From: Bacillota bacterium
Lineage (GTDB): Bacteria; Bacillota; JAAYKD01
Length of the DNA stretch: 64,000 bases
Assembly (NCBI GenBank): GCA_963666425.2
Contig: OY762825.2
Location: 2,688,001 to 2,752,000, forward strand
Reading direction: 5' to 3'
Both the position numbers and the translations under genes were made by a program. This document shows, one piece after another, positions 43,615 through 53,060 of this stretch. The number at the start of each line of letters is the position of its first letter. The stretch's first letter is position 1. The notes beneath the pieces were generated by a model. It had not been told where the DNA came from and searched no databases. It saw only the letters and a program-made list of their open reading frames with translations.

Positions 43615-43923
43615 TTGACCGAAAAAGCAATGGCCGTCCAGAAAATTCTTTTTTCTATTCCTGCTGCTCAAACGCAGGAATTTTCTTTGCTTTGGCAAAG
43701 CATGCTTAAGTGGTCAGCGGCAAAACAGATTTGGTTGCCCGAACCGGAACTGGATTACATGCTGTCCGACGAGCCTTTTTATTTCCTACAGCTGTGCACG
43801 CCGCCTTGGCCAACCATCGTTTATCGGGTCAGAAATCAGGAGGACCTTGAGCTGATCTGTAATCAGCATTTACGAAAGAGACAGATTCCTGCTCGTTTTG
43901 TGGAGAAAATAATATTCCAATAA
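43615..43923 (+). CDS. Hypothetical protein, weakly like a thioredoxin-fold [2Fe-2S] ferredoxin without its Cys ligands
   Basis: SD GAGGTG plus TTG; C-terminal IVYRVRNQEDLELICNQHL pattern. Confidence 0.45.
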   Translation: MTEKAMAVQKILFSIPAAQTQEFSLLWQSMLKWSAAKQIWLPEPELDYMLSDEPFYFLQLCTPPWPTIVYRVRNQEDLELICNQHLRKRQIPARFVEKIIFQ

Positions 43924-44001
43924 TATAAGTGCTATGCTATAATGTAAAAGTATGAAAATTCTTAGGATTTTATCATAATTATTTGGTAAGAGGTGACTTT
44001 T

Positions 44002-45324
44002 ATGCGCTTAAAGACATTCAAAGGCGGTATTCATCCTCCGGCAAACAAACTGACATCCAAGATGCCATTGTTCACGCTGCCTGCTCCCAAACAGGTTGTG
44101 ATTGCGCTGCAGCAGCACATTGGCGCACCGTGTCAGCCTTTGGTCAAAGTGGGGGATTTGGTGCTGATGGGGCAAAAGATCGGAGAACACCCGGCAGCCA
44201 TCAGTGCGCCGGTCCATTCCAGTGTTTCCGGCAAAGTGGTTGCGATCGGTCCGGTCAATTTTTCCAATGGTAAAACTGTCAATGCAATTACCATTGCCAA
44301 TGATGGCCTGGACACCAAAGCAGAGCCGATTGGTGCGGGCAAAACCCTTGCAGAGCTGACGGAGCTGGAGATTCGCAGTATGATCCGCGAAGCCGGTATC
44401 GTCGGTATGGGTGGCGCCGGATTTCCTACTGCCGCTAAGTTAACCGTTCCTGCAGAGAAAAAGATCGAGATGCTGGTCATCAACGGGGTCGAATGTGAAC
44501 CTTATTTAACCTGTGATCATCGCGTCATACTGGAACAATCGTCTGTGATCCTGAACGGGATCAAAGCGCTGATGAAGGCAACCGGTGCCGGTCATGCCTA
44601 TATCGGTGTCAAAATTACCATGGAAGGTGCTATTGAAGAACTGCATGAAGCCGTGCTGATGGAAAAAGGTATTGATGTGGTACCGCTGGCTTCCAAATAC
44701 CCACAAGGAGAAGAGCGGCAGTTGATCTATGCGATTACCGGCCGCGAAGTACCTTCAGGCGGTCTGCCTTTGGATGTCGGTATCGTGGTCTGTAATATCG
44801 GCACCGCTTGGGCGGTCGGACATTTAATGGAAACGGGTATGCCGTTGATTGAACGTGCGGTCACCGTTACCGGCGCTGTCAAAACCCCGAGTAATTTCAT
44901 GGCGCGTGTTGGCGTTATGGTCAGCGATTTAATCGAAGCGGCCGGCGGTTATGCGGAAGAACCGGGCAGCGTGATCATGGGTGGACCGATGACCGGGTTG
45001 CCGCAGTTTACCACGGAGATTCCCTTCACAAAGCAAAACACCGGTATTCTTGTGCTGAGCAAAAATGAAATTCAGCCCGCTCCGATGACAGACTGTATCC
45101 ATTGCGGCAGCTGTATTGAGGCTTGCGCTTATCGCTTGATGCCGCTCTATCTGGCAAAATACGCCGCTGCCGGTAATACGGCTGGGCTCGAGAAATACAA
45201 CATTTTAGATTGCCGTGAATGCGGTTCCTGTGCTTATGTTTGTCCTGCCAAATTACCTTTGATGCATTATATGAAGGTCGGCAAAGGTTACGTGACAGCC
45301 AAGCGCGCTGCGGATAAAAAATAG
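44002..45324 (+). CDS. rnfC: Rnf complex subunit C
   Basis: TFKGGIHP, QHIGAP, GMGGAGFP, ECEPYLTCD, two CxxCxxCxxxC motifs. Confidence 0.95.
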   Translation: MRLKTFKGGIHPPANKLTSKMPLFTLPAPKQVVIALQQHIGAPCQPLVKVGDLVLMGQKIGEHPAAISAPVHSSVSGKVVAIGPVNFSNGKTVNAITIANDGLDTKAEPIGAGKTLAELTELEIRSMIREAGIVGMGGAGFPTAAKLTVPAEKKIEMLVINGVECEPYLTCDHRVILEQSSVILNGIKALMKATGAGHAYIGVKITMEGAIEELHEAVLMEKGIDVVPLASKYPQGEERQLIYAITGREVPSGGLPLDVGIVVCNIGTAWAVGHLMETGMPLIERAVTVTGAVKTPSNFMARVGVMVSDLIEAAGGYAEEPGSVIMGGPMTGLPQFTTEIPFTKQNTGILVLSKNEIQPAPMTDCIHCGSCIEACAYRLMPLYLAKYAAAGNTAGLEKYNILDCRECGSCAYVCPAKLPLMHYMKVGKGYVTAKRAADKK

Positions 45325-45345
45325 GGCGGAAGGAGCGAAATAGAA

Positions 45346-46296
45346 ATGGAACAAACAAAACTAGTGATACAAAATGCACCTCATATTCGTTCGCCCTTGA
45401 ACACGCAAAAAATCATGTATTATGTGATTTTCGCTTTGGTTCCGGCTGCGGCAGCAGGTGTCTTTTTCTTTGGGATTCGTGCTCTTGTGCATCTTTTACT
45501 AAGCATCCTCTTTGCTGTACTGACGGAAGCGTTGGTACAGAAATTGGTGCATAAACCGATCACCATCCGGGACGGTTCTGCCATCTTGACCGGCTTGCTG
45601 TTGGGGATGAATCTTCCGGTGGCTGCTCCGCTTTGGATCGGTCCGGTAGGTGCCGCTTTTGCCATTGCGGTTGTCAAGCAAGCGTTTGGCGGCTTAGGAC
45701 ATAACTTTATGAATCCTGCCCTGGCGGCGCGCGCCATGATGTTGGCTGCTTGGCCGGCGAGCATGACAACCTGGACGACGCCCTTTGACGGTGTCGCCAC
45801 AGCAACTCCTCTCGCTATCATGAAATCAGGTCTTTCTGGTGCAACAGCGCTGCCGACGTATTGGAATATGTTTATCGGAAATATTGGCGGCTGTATTGGC
45901 GAAACCTCCGCTTTGGCCTTGCTTTTAGGCGGTATTTTTCTGATTTATAAAGAAGTCATCGACTATCGAATTCCCTTGGCCTATATGGCGACCGTCTTTC
46001 TCTTTGGCAGTGTTTTCGGTAAAAATGGTTTTGATTCCGGTTTATTTTATTTACTGGCCGGTGGTGTGATGTTAGGCTCGATCTTCATGGCAACCGATTA
46101 TGTCTCTTCTCCCGCTACGGTACGCGGACGCTGGATTTACGGCATTGGCTGCGGCTTGATCACCATGCTGATCCGTCTTTGGGGGTCTTATCCCGAAGGT
46201 GCCTCCTTCTCCATTTTATTGATGAATATTGCTGCTCCTTTGATTGAGAAATTCACTACACCAAAGAAGTTTGGGGAGGTGGCAAAAAAGAAATGA
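45346..46296 (+). CDS. rnfD: Rnf complex subunit D
   Basis: APHIR, KQAFGGLG.N.MNPA, ATATPL FMN site, GCIGETS, FMATD. Confidence 0.95.
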   Translation: MEQTKLVIQNAPHIRSPLNTQKIMYYVIFALVPAAAAGVFFFGIRALVHLLLSILFAVLTEALVQKLVHKPITIRDGSAILTGLLLGMNLPVAAPLWIGPVGAAFAIAVVKQAFGGLGHNFMNPALAARAMMLAAWPASMTTWTTPFDGVATATPLAIMKSGLSGATALPTYWNMFIGNIGGCIGETSALALLLGGIFLIYKEVIDYRIPLAYMATVFLFGSVFGKNGFDSGLFYLLAGGVMLGSIFMATDYVSSPATVRGRWIYGIGCGLITMLIRLWGSYPEGASFSILLMNIAAPLIEKFTTPKKFGEVAKKK

Positions 46297-46898
46297 AAAA
46301 CAAGTATTGGAACGCAATCAGCAATGGTATTCTCGGTGAAAACCCATTATTCCGTCTGGTTTTGGGCACCTGTCCTTCGTTGGCAACCACAACCGCGGTG
46401 GATAACGCTTTCTGGATGGGATTGATGGTTATTTTTGTCCTGACTTTTTCCAATGTCTTTATTTCGATGATGCGGAAAGTGATTCCGGATAAAATTCGTA
46501 TTCCCAGTTTTGTCATTATTATCGCAACGCTGGTAACCGTAGTAGATCTGTTCATGAAAGCCTATATGCCTGCCATGCATGCCACGCTCGGTATTTTTAT
46601 TCCTTTGATCGTGGTAAACTGTATCATTTTAGCCAGAGCGGAGAGCTTTGCTTACAAGAATGGCGTCTTCGTTTCTGCCTGTGATGGTTTCGGTATGGGC
46701 TTAGGTTATATGCTGGCTCTGATCATCGTCTCTTCCATCCGGGAACTGTTGGGCAACGGTTCTTTCTTTGGCGTCGATCTTTTGGGAGTGAATTTCCCGG
46801 CCGCCAAGGTGATGGTGCAGGCTCCCGGCGCGTTTTTAACTTTGGGTATGATCCTTGGCATTATTAAACTAATCACCAATCGCAGAAAAGCGGAGTAG
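46293..46898 (+). CDS. rnfE: Rnf complex subunit E
   Basis: ENP..LGTCPSLA, IRIP, IPLIVVNCIILARAE; ATGA overlap with rnfD. Confidence 0.95.
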   Translation: MKNKYWNAISNGILGENPLFRLVLGTCPSLATTTAVDNAFWMGLMVIFVLTFSNVFISMMRKVIPDKIRIPSFVIIIATLVTVVDLFMKAYMPAMHATLGIFIPLIVVNCIILARAESFAYKNGVFVSACDGFGMGLGYMLALIIVSSIRELLGNGSFFGVDLLGVNFPAAKVMVQAPGAFLTLGMILGIIKLITNRRKAE

Positions 46899-46912
46899 AG
46901 GAGGGGAATCAA

Positions 46913-47503
46913 ATGGGAATTGTTTCATTACTGATATCCGGTATTCTGATCAATAATTACATTTTTGTCAAATTCTTGGGCATTTGTTCCTTCCTTGGCT
47001 GCTCGGATCAAGTCGATACCGCAGTCGGTATGGGGATCGCGGTTACCTTTGTCATGACGGCAGCCTGCGCCGTGACCTGGTTGGTGCAGCATTACATTCT
47101 CAATTTGTTCCATATTGAATATATGCAGACGGTCACCTTTATCCTGGTGATTGCCGCACTGGTTCAATTCGTGGAAATGGTCATCAAAAAAGTAAGTCCC
47201 ACGCTCTATCGGGCTTTGGGTGTTTATCTGCCTTTGATCACCACCAATTGCGCCGTTTTAGGCTGCGCCGTTTTGAATATCCAACAGGATTATAATTTCT
47301 TCTATTCTATGGTCAGCGGATTTGCTTATGCTTTGGGTTATTTCCTGGCGATTACCCTGATGGCTGGGGTTCGGGAGAAATTGATTTTTTCCAGCATTCC
47401 GGAATCTCTGCAGGGATTTCCCATTTCTTTTATCATTACAGGTCTGATGGCCATTTCTTTTTATGGTTTTCAGGGCTTATTCCAGGATCTATTAACATTG
47501 TAA
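46913..47503 (+). CDS. rnfA: Rnf complex subunit A
   Basis: [30 protein letters not shown]. Confidence 0.95.
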   Translation: MGIVSLLISGILINNYIFVKFLGICSFLGCSDQVDTAVGMGIAVTFVMTAACAVTWLVQHYILNLFHIEYMQTVTFILVIAALVQFVEMVIKKVSPTLYRALGVYLPLITTNCAVLGCAVLNIQQDYNFFYSMVSGFAYALGYFLAITLMAGVREKLIFSSIPESLQGFPISFIITGLMAISFYGFQGLFQDLLTL

Positions 47504-47516
47504 AGGGGGCTGTTCC

Positions 47517-48527
47517 ATGCTATCCAGTATTCTATCTCTTGGTGCTTTAGGAGCAGCTTTTGGCTGCCTGCTTGCGTATGCCGGTACTAAATTTGCAGTA
47601 GAAGTAGATCCCAAGGTAGAAGCGATTCAGGGTGTGCTGCCGGGTGCCAATTGTGGTGCCTGCGGCCGTCCCGGCTGTGCCGCAATGGCAGCCGCTATCG
47701 CTAAAGGAGAGGCGCCGGTCAATGCCTGTCCCGTAGGCGGTACTGCCGTAGCCGCTAAAATCAGTGAGCTGATGGGTACGAGTGTTCCGCTTGGTACCGA
47801 TGTTAAGGTCGCTTGCGTCATGTGCAGCGGTGGCTGCACTCAGAGAGCAAATTATCAGGGGATTCCTTCCTGCCGGGCGGCTAATCTGGTCGGCGGCGGT
47901 GTGGAATCTTGTGCTTATGGCTGCCTGGGGTATGGCGATTGCGTGCGGGTTTGTCCCTTTGATGCGATTCAGATGACTAGTGACGGGGTTCCCTTCATCG
48001 ATGAAGAGAAATGTCAAAACTGCGGTTTATGTATCAAAGAGTGTCCCAAGCAGTTGATTATGACGGTGCCAAAAGCTGCCGCAGTGCATGTCAATTGTTC
48101 TTCGCAGGATATCGGCGTAGCGGTACGCAAAACAAACTGTAATACCGGCTGTATTGGCTGCGGTATCTGTGAAAAGACCTGTCCTTTCGGCGCCATCAAG
48201 GTGATCAAAGATGTCAATGACGAAACATGGCAGAAAGCCAATCCACGCAAATTGCGCAATATTGCCGTGATTGATTACAGTAAATGCCGCAGCTGCGGTT
48301 TGTGCGTCAGTAAATGCCCCACCCATGCGCTGGTGATCGAAGAATATAAAAAACACGATAAACCGATCATTGGAGATAACTGTATGGGCTGCTCACTCTG
48401 TGCCCGAAATTGTCCGGTGGGTGCAGTGACAGGTGAATTGAAACAAAAACATCGGATTGATCCGGATAAATGCATTGCCTGCGGTCTTTGTGTAGACAAA
48501 TGTCCCAAAAAGGCGATCAGTTATTAG
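47517..48527 (+). CDS. rnfB: Rnf complex subunit B (polyferredoxin type)
   Basis: N-terminal [16 protein letters not shown], six further ferredoxin-type Cys motifs. Confidence 0.95.
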   Translation: MLSSILSLGALGAAFGCLLAYAGTKFAVEVDPKVEAIQGVLPGANCGACGRPGCAAMAAAIAKGEAPVNACPVGGTAVAAKISELMGTSVPLGTDVKVACVMCSGGCTQRANYQGIPSCRAANLVGGGVESCAYGCLGYGDCVRVCPFDAIQMTSDGVPFIDEEKCQNCGLCIKECPKQLIMTVPKAAAVHVNCSSQDIGVAVRKTNCNTGCIGCGICEKTCPFGAIKVIKDVNDETWQKANPRKLRNIAVIDYSKCRSCGLCVSKCPTHALVIEEYKKHDKPIIGDNCMGCSLCARNCPVGAVTGELKQKHRIDPDKCIACGLCVDKCPKKAISY

Positions 48528-48560
48528 TCGGACAATTTTAATAAAATCGATAGAGCCTAC

Positions 48561-48599
48561 AAAAAATCCCGCCGCGGTTATCGCAGCGGGATTTTTTTT
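48561..48599. terminator. Bidirectional terminator
   Basis: AAAAAATCCCGC..GCGGGATTTTTTTT. Confidence 0.8.
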
Positions 48600-48615
48600 A
48601 ACAGTTTGGTTTTGA

Positions 48616-49005
48616 CTAGAGATTTTTACCGGTGAACGCTTCCGGCAGCAATTCTCTCAAGGAATAGCATTTGAGCTCACCTCTGGTATTGCCTACAATC
48701 ACGCGTAAATCCAGATTGAATTCGGCCAACAACTGACGGCAGATGCCGCAGGGAAAGGCAAATTCACCCGAAGAAGCACTGATCGCAATCGTGGTAAAAT
48801 CCTGCTCGCCTGCTGAGACGGCCTTGGCTAAAGCGGTTCGTTCGGCGCAAAGTGTTGCGCTGTAAGCAGCGCTCTCAATATTGCAGCCGCCATAGACCGT
48901 ACCGTTTTTGCAAAGCAGGGCTGCTCCCACACAAAAATGAGAATAGGGTGCATAAGCAAATTGCTGTTGCGCAACGGAGAATTGGTAAAGCTGTTGATCA
49001 GTCAT
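48616..49005 (-). CDS. cdd: Cytidine deaminase
   Basis: AYAPYSHF.VGAA, GCNIE, CAER, PCGICRQ. Confidence 0.95.
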   Translation of the reverse strand: MTDQQLYQFSVAQQQFAYAPYSHFCVGAALLCKNGTVYGGCNIESAAYSATLCAERTALAKAVSAGEQDFTTIAISASSGEFAFPCGICRQLLAEFNLDLRVIVGNTRGELKCYSLRELLPEAFTGKNL

Positions 49006-49022
49006 GATAACCTCCGTATCGT

Positions 49023-49889
49023 TTATTTTGCCAGATATTCTGTGATGATCTGACGGTAATCCTGCGCGGCTGAACTCGCGGTATAGGCTTTTTGATTGGC
49101 GCTGGAATTTTTCTGAAACTGGATCAGGTTGGCGAAAAGGCCGCCATTTTTTGCTGCTGTGTTGCCGTATAAATAATAAGGCACGACATCAAAGAGCGTA
49201 TGTTTGAGGATGTCGGTGGTGGCATAATTATAAGTACCTAAATTATCGTAAGGATCCGCTGTTTCTGTCAAAGCCCGGGCTGAACCGGGTTGGTTCAGGT
49301 CCTCCGCTTTCCGAAAAACCAATTCAAAACTTTTATCGGCAGAAGCAAACTTCAGATTAAAAATGCCGTCCGGTCCATTCAGATGAAAAAGAGAATTTTC
49401 TGCTGTATAGAGAATCCAGGCATCCGGATGCGTGTTTTGGTACTCTTTCAGCTGTTCAAGGTTCGCGATAGACAGGATTAGTTGATTGCGCAGATAATGC
49501 AGCTGCTGATTGGGGATACGGCCGCTCTGCGTCACGAGTTCGCTGATCCATTTGCAATAAGCTAAATAGTCGGCGTTGTCCGGAGTCAACTGCGTTGGAT
49601 CGTTCAGCAAGGCAGCGCTGTCCCGCCAGACGAAATATAAGAGTTCCCGATTGCTATATTGGGGATGCTGCTGCACTGTGGTCAGGTAATTGGCAAAGGA
49701 CAGTTCCATCGGTAAGTTTTCCTGCCAGTTCTGGTAAGATTTCTCAAGGCTCTCATCCTGAAAGGAGTACGGAAAGACAGTGTTCACAAAATAGACCAGT
49801 AAAAGAAATAGGGTAAGCAGCAGCAGTTTGGCAACATGGTGCGGTTTTCCTGCAATCTGATCGGCTTTGGCAAAGGCTTCTGGCATCAA
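49023..49889 (-). CDS. Hypothetical membrane-anchored or exported protein
   Basis: N-terminal hydrophobic segment; C-terminal SLFH..NLKF..GTYNY..KH..DVVPYYLYGN. Confidence 0.6.
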   Translation of the reverse strand: MMPEAFAKADQIAGKPHHVAKLLLLTLFLLLVYFVNTVFPYSFQDESLEKSYQNWQENLPMELSFANYLTTVQQHPQYSNRELLYFVWRDSAALLNDPTQLTPDNADYLAYCKWISELVTQSGRIPNQQLHYLRNQLILSIANLEQLKEYQNTHPDAWILYTAENSLFHLNGPDGIFNLKFASADKSFELVFRKAEDLNQPGSARALTETADPYDNLGTYNYATTDILKHTLFDVVPYYLYGNTAAKNGGLFANLIQFQKNSSANQKAYTASSAAQDYRQIITEYLAK

Positions 49890-50057
49890 GATACCCCACT
49901 TTCACGCTGAATAGACACTATTTCGCTTATCAATAGAAAAAATCCTGCTTCCTGAGTAAGGGAAGCAGCGGCTGAAAACAAAATAGAAGCTGAAAAGGGA
50001 TTGAATCCAGAGCCATCGAAATAGGAACTCATGATAGGATGAAAAGGAAGGGACGCT

Positions 50058-51281
50058 ATGGATGAGCATACGGCAAATGACGCCCACAAGATCCTGAAAA
50101 AAAACAAACAGCAAGCGCAGCAGGCAGACAGTTCCTCTTACCCGGAGGATTATCAAATCATCGACGGTGAATTGTGGACTGCGCGTCAGCGGCAGATGAG
50201 TTCGCTGCATGAAATATCGTACCGAGCTTGTTTTAAAGCGGAGCTGCCGGAGTATTTTATTTCGCGGTTCTCTTCACCGCAGGATGTCGTTTATGATCCC
50301 TTTGCCGGCCGCGGGACCACGGCCGTGCAAGCCGCGCTGATGGGGCGTCGTTTTATCGCCAATGATATCAATCCGCTGATGCAGATTTTGGCGCGCCCGC
50401 GGGTAGAACCACCCACGCTGCGGGCGGTGCAACAGCGCTTAGAGGAAATCGACTTAAGCTGCGGCGCAACAGCGGAAGCAGACGAACCGGATTTAAGCGT
50501 CTTTTATAATCAGACGACCTTAGAGGAATTGCGTTCACTGCGCCGTTATCTGGATTATCGCCGCCGCAGCGGTTTGGAGGACGCTTTGGATGAATGGATC
50601 CGTATGGTGGCAACCAACCGTCTCACGGGTCATTCCAAGGGCTTTTTCTCTGTTTATACCCTGCCGCCCAACCAAGCGGTTACCTCAGAGCGACAGCAAA
50701 TCATCAACCAACGCTACCGGAACGATTTCAGCATTTATCGCGATGTCAAAGCAATCATTCAGAAAAAAAGCAAAGCGCTGCTCAAAGAAATTCCCCATCC
50801 CTGGCCGGGGAAGGGCGGCGTTTTTCTCAATCAGGATGCCGCCAATACCTATGCGATTGAAGACAGCACGGTGAATCTGATCGTCACCTCACCGCCGTTT
50901 CTCGATACCGTCCAGTATCGCAACGATAACTGGCTGCGCTGTTGGTTTAATCATATCGATACCGAAGCAGTCGCGGCGCGGATGACAAATCTGCATAACT
51001 TGGAGCAATGGTCTAAAGTTATGACCGATGTTTTTCTGGAATTCAAACGCATCATGGTACCGGGAGCTTATGGCGCTTTCGAAGTCGGCGAAGTCCGCAA
51101 AGGGAAAATAGAATTGGATAAAACAGTGTTCAGCATGATTCGGGAAGTCGGTTTGATTCCACAGGCAACCTATATCAATCGGCAGCAGTTTACCAAAACC
51201 GCTAACATCTGGGGTGTTGCCAATAATCAAGGCGGGACTAACAGCAATCGCATCGTCGTGTTCCGCAAAGGGATCGACTAA
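50058..51281 (+). CDS. Orphan amino (N4C/N6A) DNA methyltransferase
   Basis: Motif I DPFAGRGTT near the N-terminus, motif IV VTSPPF later in the chain. Confidence 0.8.
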   Translation: MDEHTANDAHKILKKNKQQAQQADSSSYPEDYQIIDGELWTARQRQMSSLHEISYRACFKAELPEYFISRFSSPQDVVYDPFAGRGTTAVQAALMGRRFIANDINPLMQILARPRVEPPTLRAVQQRLEEIDLSCGATAEADEPDLSVFYNQTTLEELRSLRRYLDYRRRSGLEDALDEWIRMVATNRLTGHSKGFFSVYTLPPNQAVTSERQQIINQRYRNDFSIYRDVKAIIQKKSKALLKEIPHPWPGKGGVFLNQDAANTYAIEDSTVNLIVTSPPFLDTVQYRNDNWLRCWFNHIDTEAVAARMTNLHNLEQWSKVMTDVFLEFKRIMVPGAYGAFEVGEVRKGKIELDKTVFSMIREVGLIPQATYINRQQFTKTANIWGVANNQGGTNSNRIVVFRKGID

Positions 51282-51316
51282 AAAACTATCCTCGATAAAG
51301 GAGATAGGGGTTCATC

Positions 51317-51796
51317 GTGGCAATTGAAAAAGTGAAACAATATTTTGCTCAGTATGGCATGGAACATCAGATCATTGAGTGCGCCCAATCGAGCGCGACG
51401 GTCGCATTGGCGGCAGCAGCTTTGGCAACGACACCGGAGCGAATTGCCAAGACCTTGGCCTTTCGCCAGGCAGACACTTGTGTGCTGATTGTGTTGGCGG
51501 GAGATGCCAAACTCGATAATAAAAAATACAAAGATTTCTTTCACTGTAAAGCATCCATGCTGGATGCAGCAGCGGTAGAACAATTTACCGGCCACGCCAT
51601 CGGCGGTGTTTGTCCGTTTGCTGTGGCAGCGGAAATCCCTATTTATCTGGATGTTTCTCTCCGTCGCTTCCAAACGGTTTATCCCGCCTGCGGCAGCAGC
51701 AACAGTGCAATTGAATTGAGCTGTGCAGAGCTGTTTTTGTATGCGCGGGCAAAAGACTGGATCGATGTGGGAAAAGACTGGCAGACCGAAAAATAG
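51317..51796 (+). CDS. YbaK/EbsC-family aminoacyl-tRNA deacylase
   Basis: SATVALAA, IAKTL, TGHAIGGVCPF, GSSNS. Confidence 0.9.
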   Translation: MAIEKVKQYFAQYGMEHQIIECAQSSATVALAAAALATTPERIAKTLAFRQADTCVLIVLAGDAKLDNKKYKDFFHCKASMLDAAAVEQFTGHAIGGVCPFAVAAEIPIYLDVSLRRFQTVYPACGSSNSAIELSCAELFLYARAKDWIDVGKDWQTEK

Positions 51797-51839
51797 ATTG
51801 CAGAACTGTAGCGTGCTGCAATCTTTTTCGGTTCAGCTG

Positions 51840-52709
51840 TTAGCCAATGTCAGTTGCTGCGGCTTTTGCTTTATGGCTGATGGCTAAAAGGTGCGTACTG
51901 AGTCCCAGCAGATTTTCTTCTTTTTCCACCAGACGAATGGACGACAAAATTGCTGCTTTGGCAATGGGATCCAGCCAGACCTGATCTAAATTCGGCACCA
52001 GCCAACCACAGCCGAGAATACCCCGCAGATCGTTGTCGGCAAAGCCGCCTTCGCGTAATTCCTGTCGCAGTCTGTGGGGGGAATGAAAGAAGGAGCGACC
52101 CATACCGCGGTAGGTGGAATTTTCCGGTTTACAATGCTGACCATCGCTCACCTCACGGCGGATCATCTCCTGAAAGGCCGGTTCCGTCAGCAACTGGTTA
52201 TTTCGGCCATAAGCAGTGGCAGCCCAAAGCAAGGTAGCAAAAGGGGAGATCGCAGCGCAGAACAGCAGCCCATCTTCTTTCAGCAAACGGCTGCACTCTG
52301 CCAGAGCAGACAAACGTTCCGCTTTTTCCACAATGTGATACAGCGGTCCGAACAAGAGGATCGCATCGGCAGAAGCAGAAGGTCTGGGAATGGCACGTGC
52401 ATCGCAGACGGTAGCTTCTGCCAGTTCGATGCCGGCATGCTCCGCCGCGAGCGAAGCGGAGTGCTGAATATTGGTTGCAGAGAGGTCGAAGAGATGCACC
52501 TGATAACCGAGCGCGGCCAAAGCCCAGGCGTATTCACCGTAACCACCGCCAATATCATAGAGCACGGCCGGTGCAGGCGGTAAGAATTCCCGAAGCAATT
52601 CCATGGTGCGGGCGAATTCGATCAAGCCGATTCCGCTGCGCAAACGTCCTTTTTCAATACCGGCATTATAAGCAGCCAATACATCGGCGTTTATGGTTTT
52701 ATCTTTCAT
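51840..52709 (-). CDS. Class I SAM-dependent methyltransferase
   Basis: YDIGGGYG motif I, DLS, DAR, GPLYH; ATG 52709 after AAAGGAG (alternative TTG at 52784). Confidence 0.85.
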   Translation of the reverse strand: MKDKTINADVLAAYNAGIEKGRLRSGIGLIEFARTMELLREFLPPAPAVLYDIGGGYGEYAWALAALGYQVHLFDLSATNIQHSASLAAEHAGIELAEATVCDARAIPRPSASADAILLFGPLYHIVEKAERLSALAECSRLLKEDGLLFCAAISPFATLLWAATAYGRNNQLLTEPAFQEMIRREVSDGQHCKPENSTYRGMGRSFFHSPHRLRQELREGGFADNDLRGILGCGWLVPNLDQVWLDPIAKAAILSSIRLVEKEENLLGLSTHLLAISHKAKAAATDIG

Positions 52710-52807
52710 CTTGATTACTCCTTTGTGTTTTTGTCTTGTTTGCGGACCGTTTTCGCTGCGGGCCGGCTCGGATTGGTTTGACAAGGCAGCATCACCTCCT
52801 TAAATAT

Positions 52808-52852
52808 AAAAAACCTGCAGTCTCAAGCTCGAGCTGAGCTGATTCCGCAGGG
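52808..52852 (-). terminator. Attenuator terminator in the 5' leader of the methyltransferase
   Basis: Minus strand CCTGCGG..CTGCAGG-TTTTTT immediately before the SD AAGGAGGTG. Confidence 0.7.
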
Positions 52853-52872
52853 TCTGTTTGCTAAAGGCCGGT

Positions 52873-52950
52873 TCAAACAGACAAAACGAAAGCAGCGCTG
52901 CAGCAGGCTTGCATCGCTGAATTGTTTTGTTGTTGGTTATGAATCCGCAT
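52873..52950 (-). CDS. Putative 25-aa leader peptide MRIHNQQQNNSAMQACCSAAFVLSV
   Basis: GAGGT SD 7 nt before the ATG; stop codon lies inside a hairpin preceding the terminator. Confidence 0.55.
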   Translation of the reverse strand: MRIHNQQQNNSAMQACCSAAFVLSV

Positions 52951-53060
52951 CCTGGTTACCTCTGGTTCCTGAATAGTAAGGGTTATTCTAGAATCCCAGG
53001 CAAATTCCTTCTCTTTTTAGAAAAATGAGAACGCTAAAATCATGGAAAGGAGTTTTTCAA

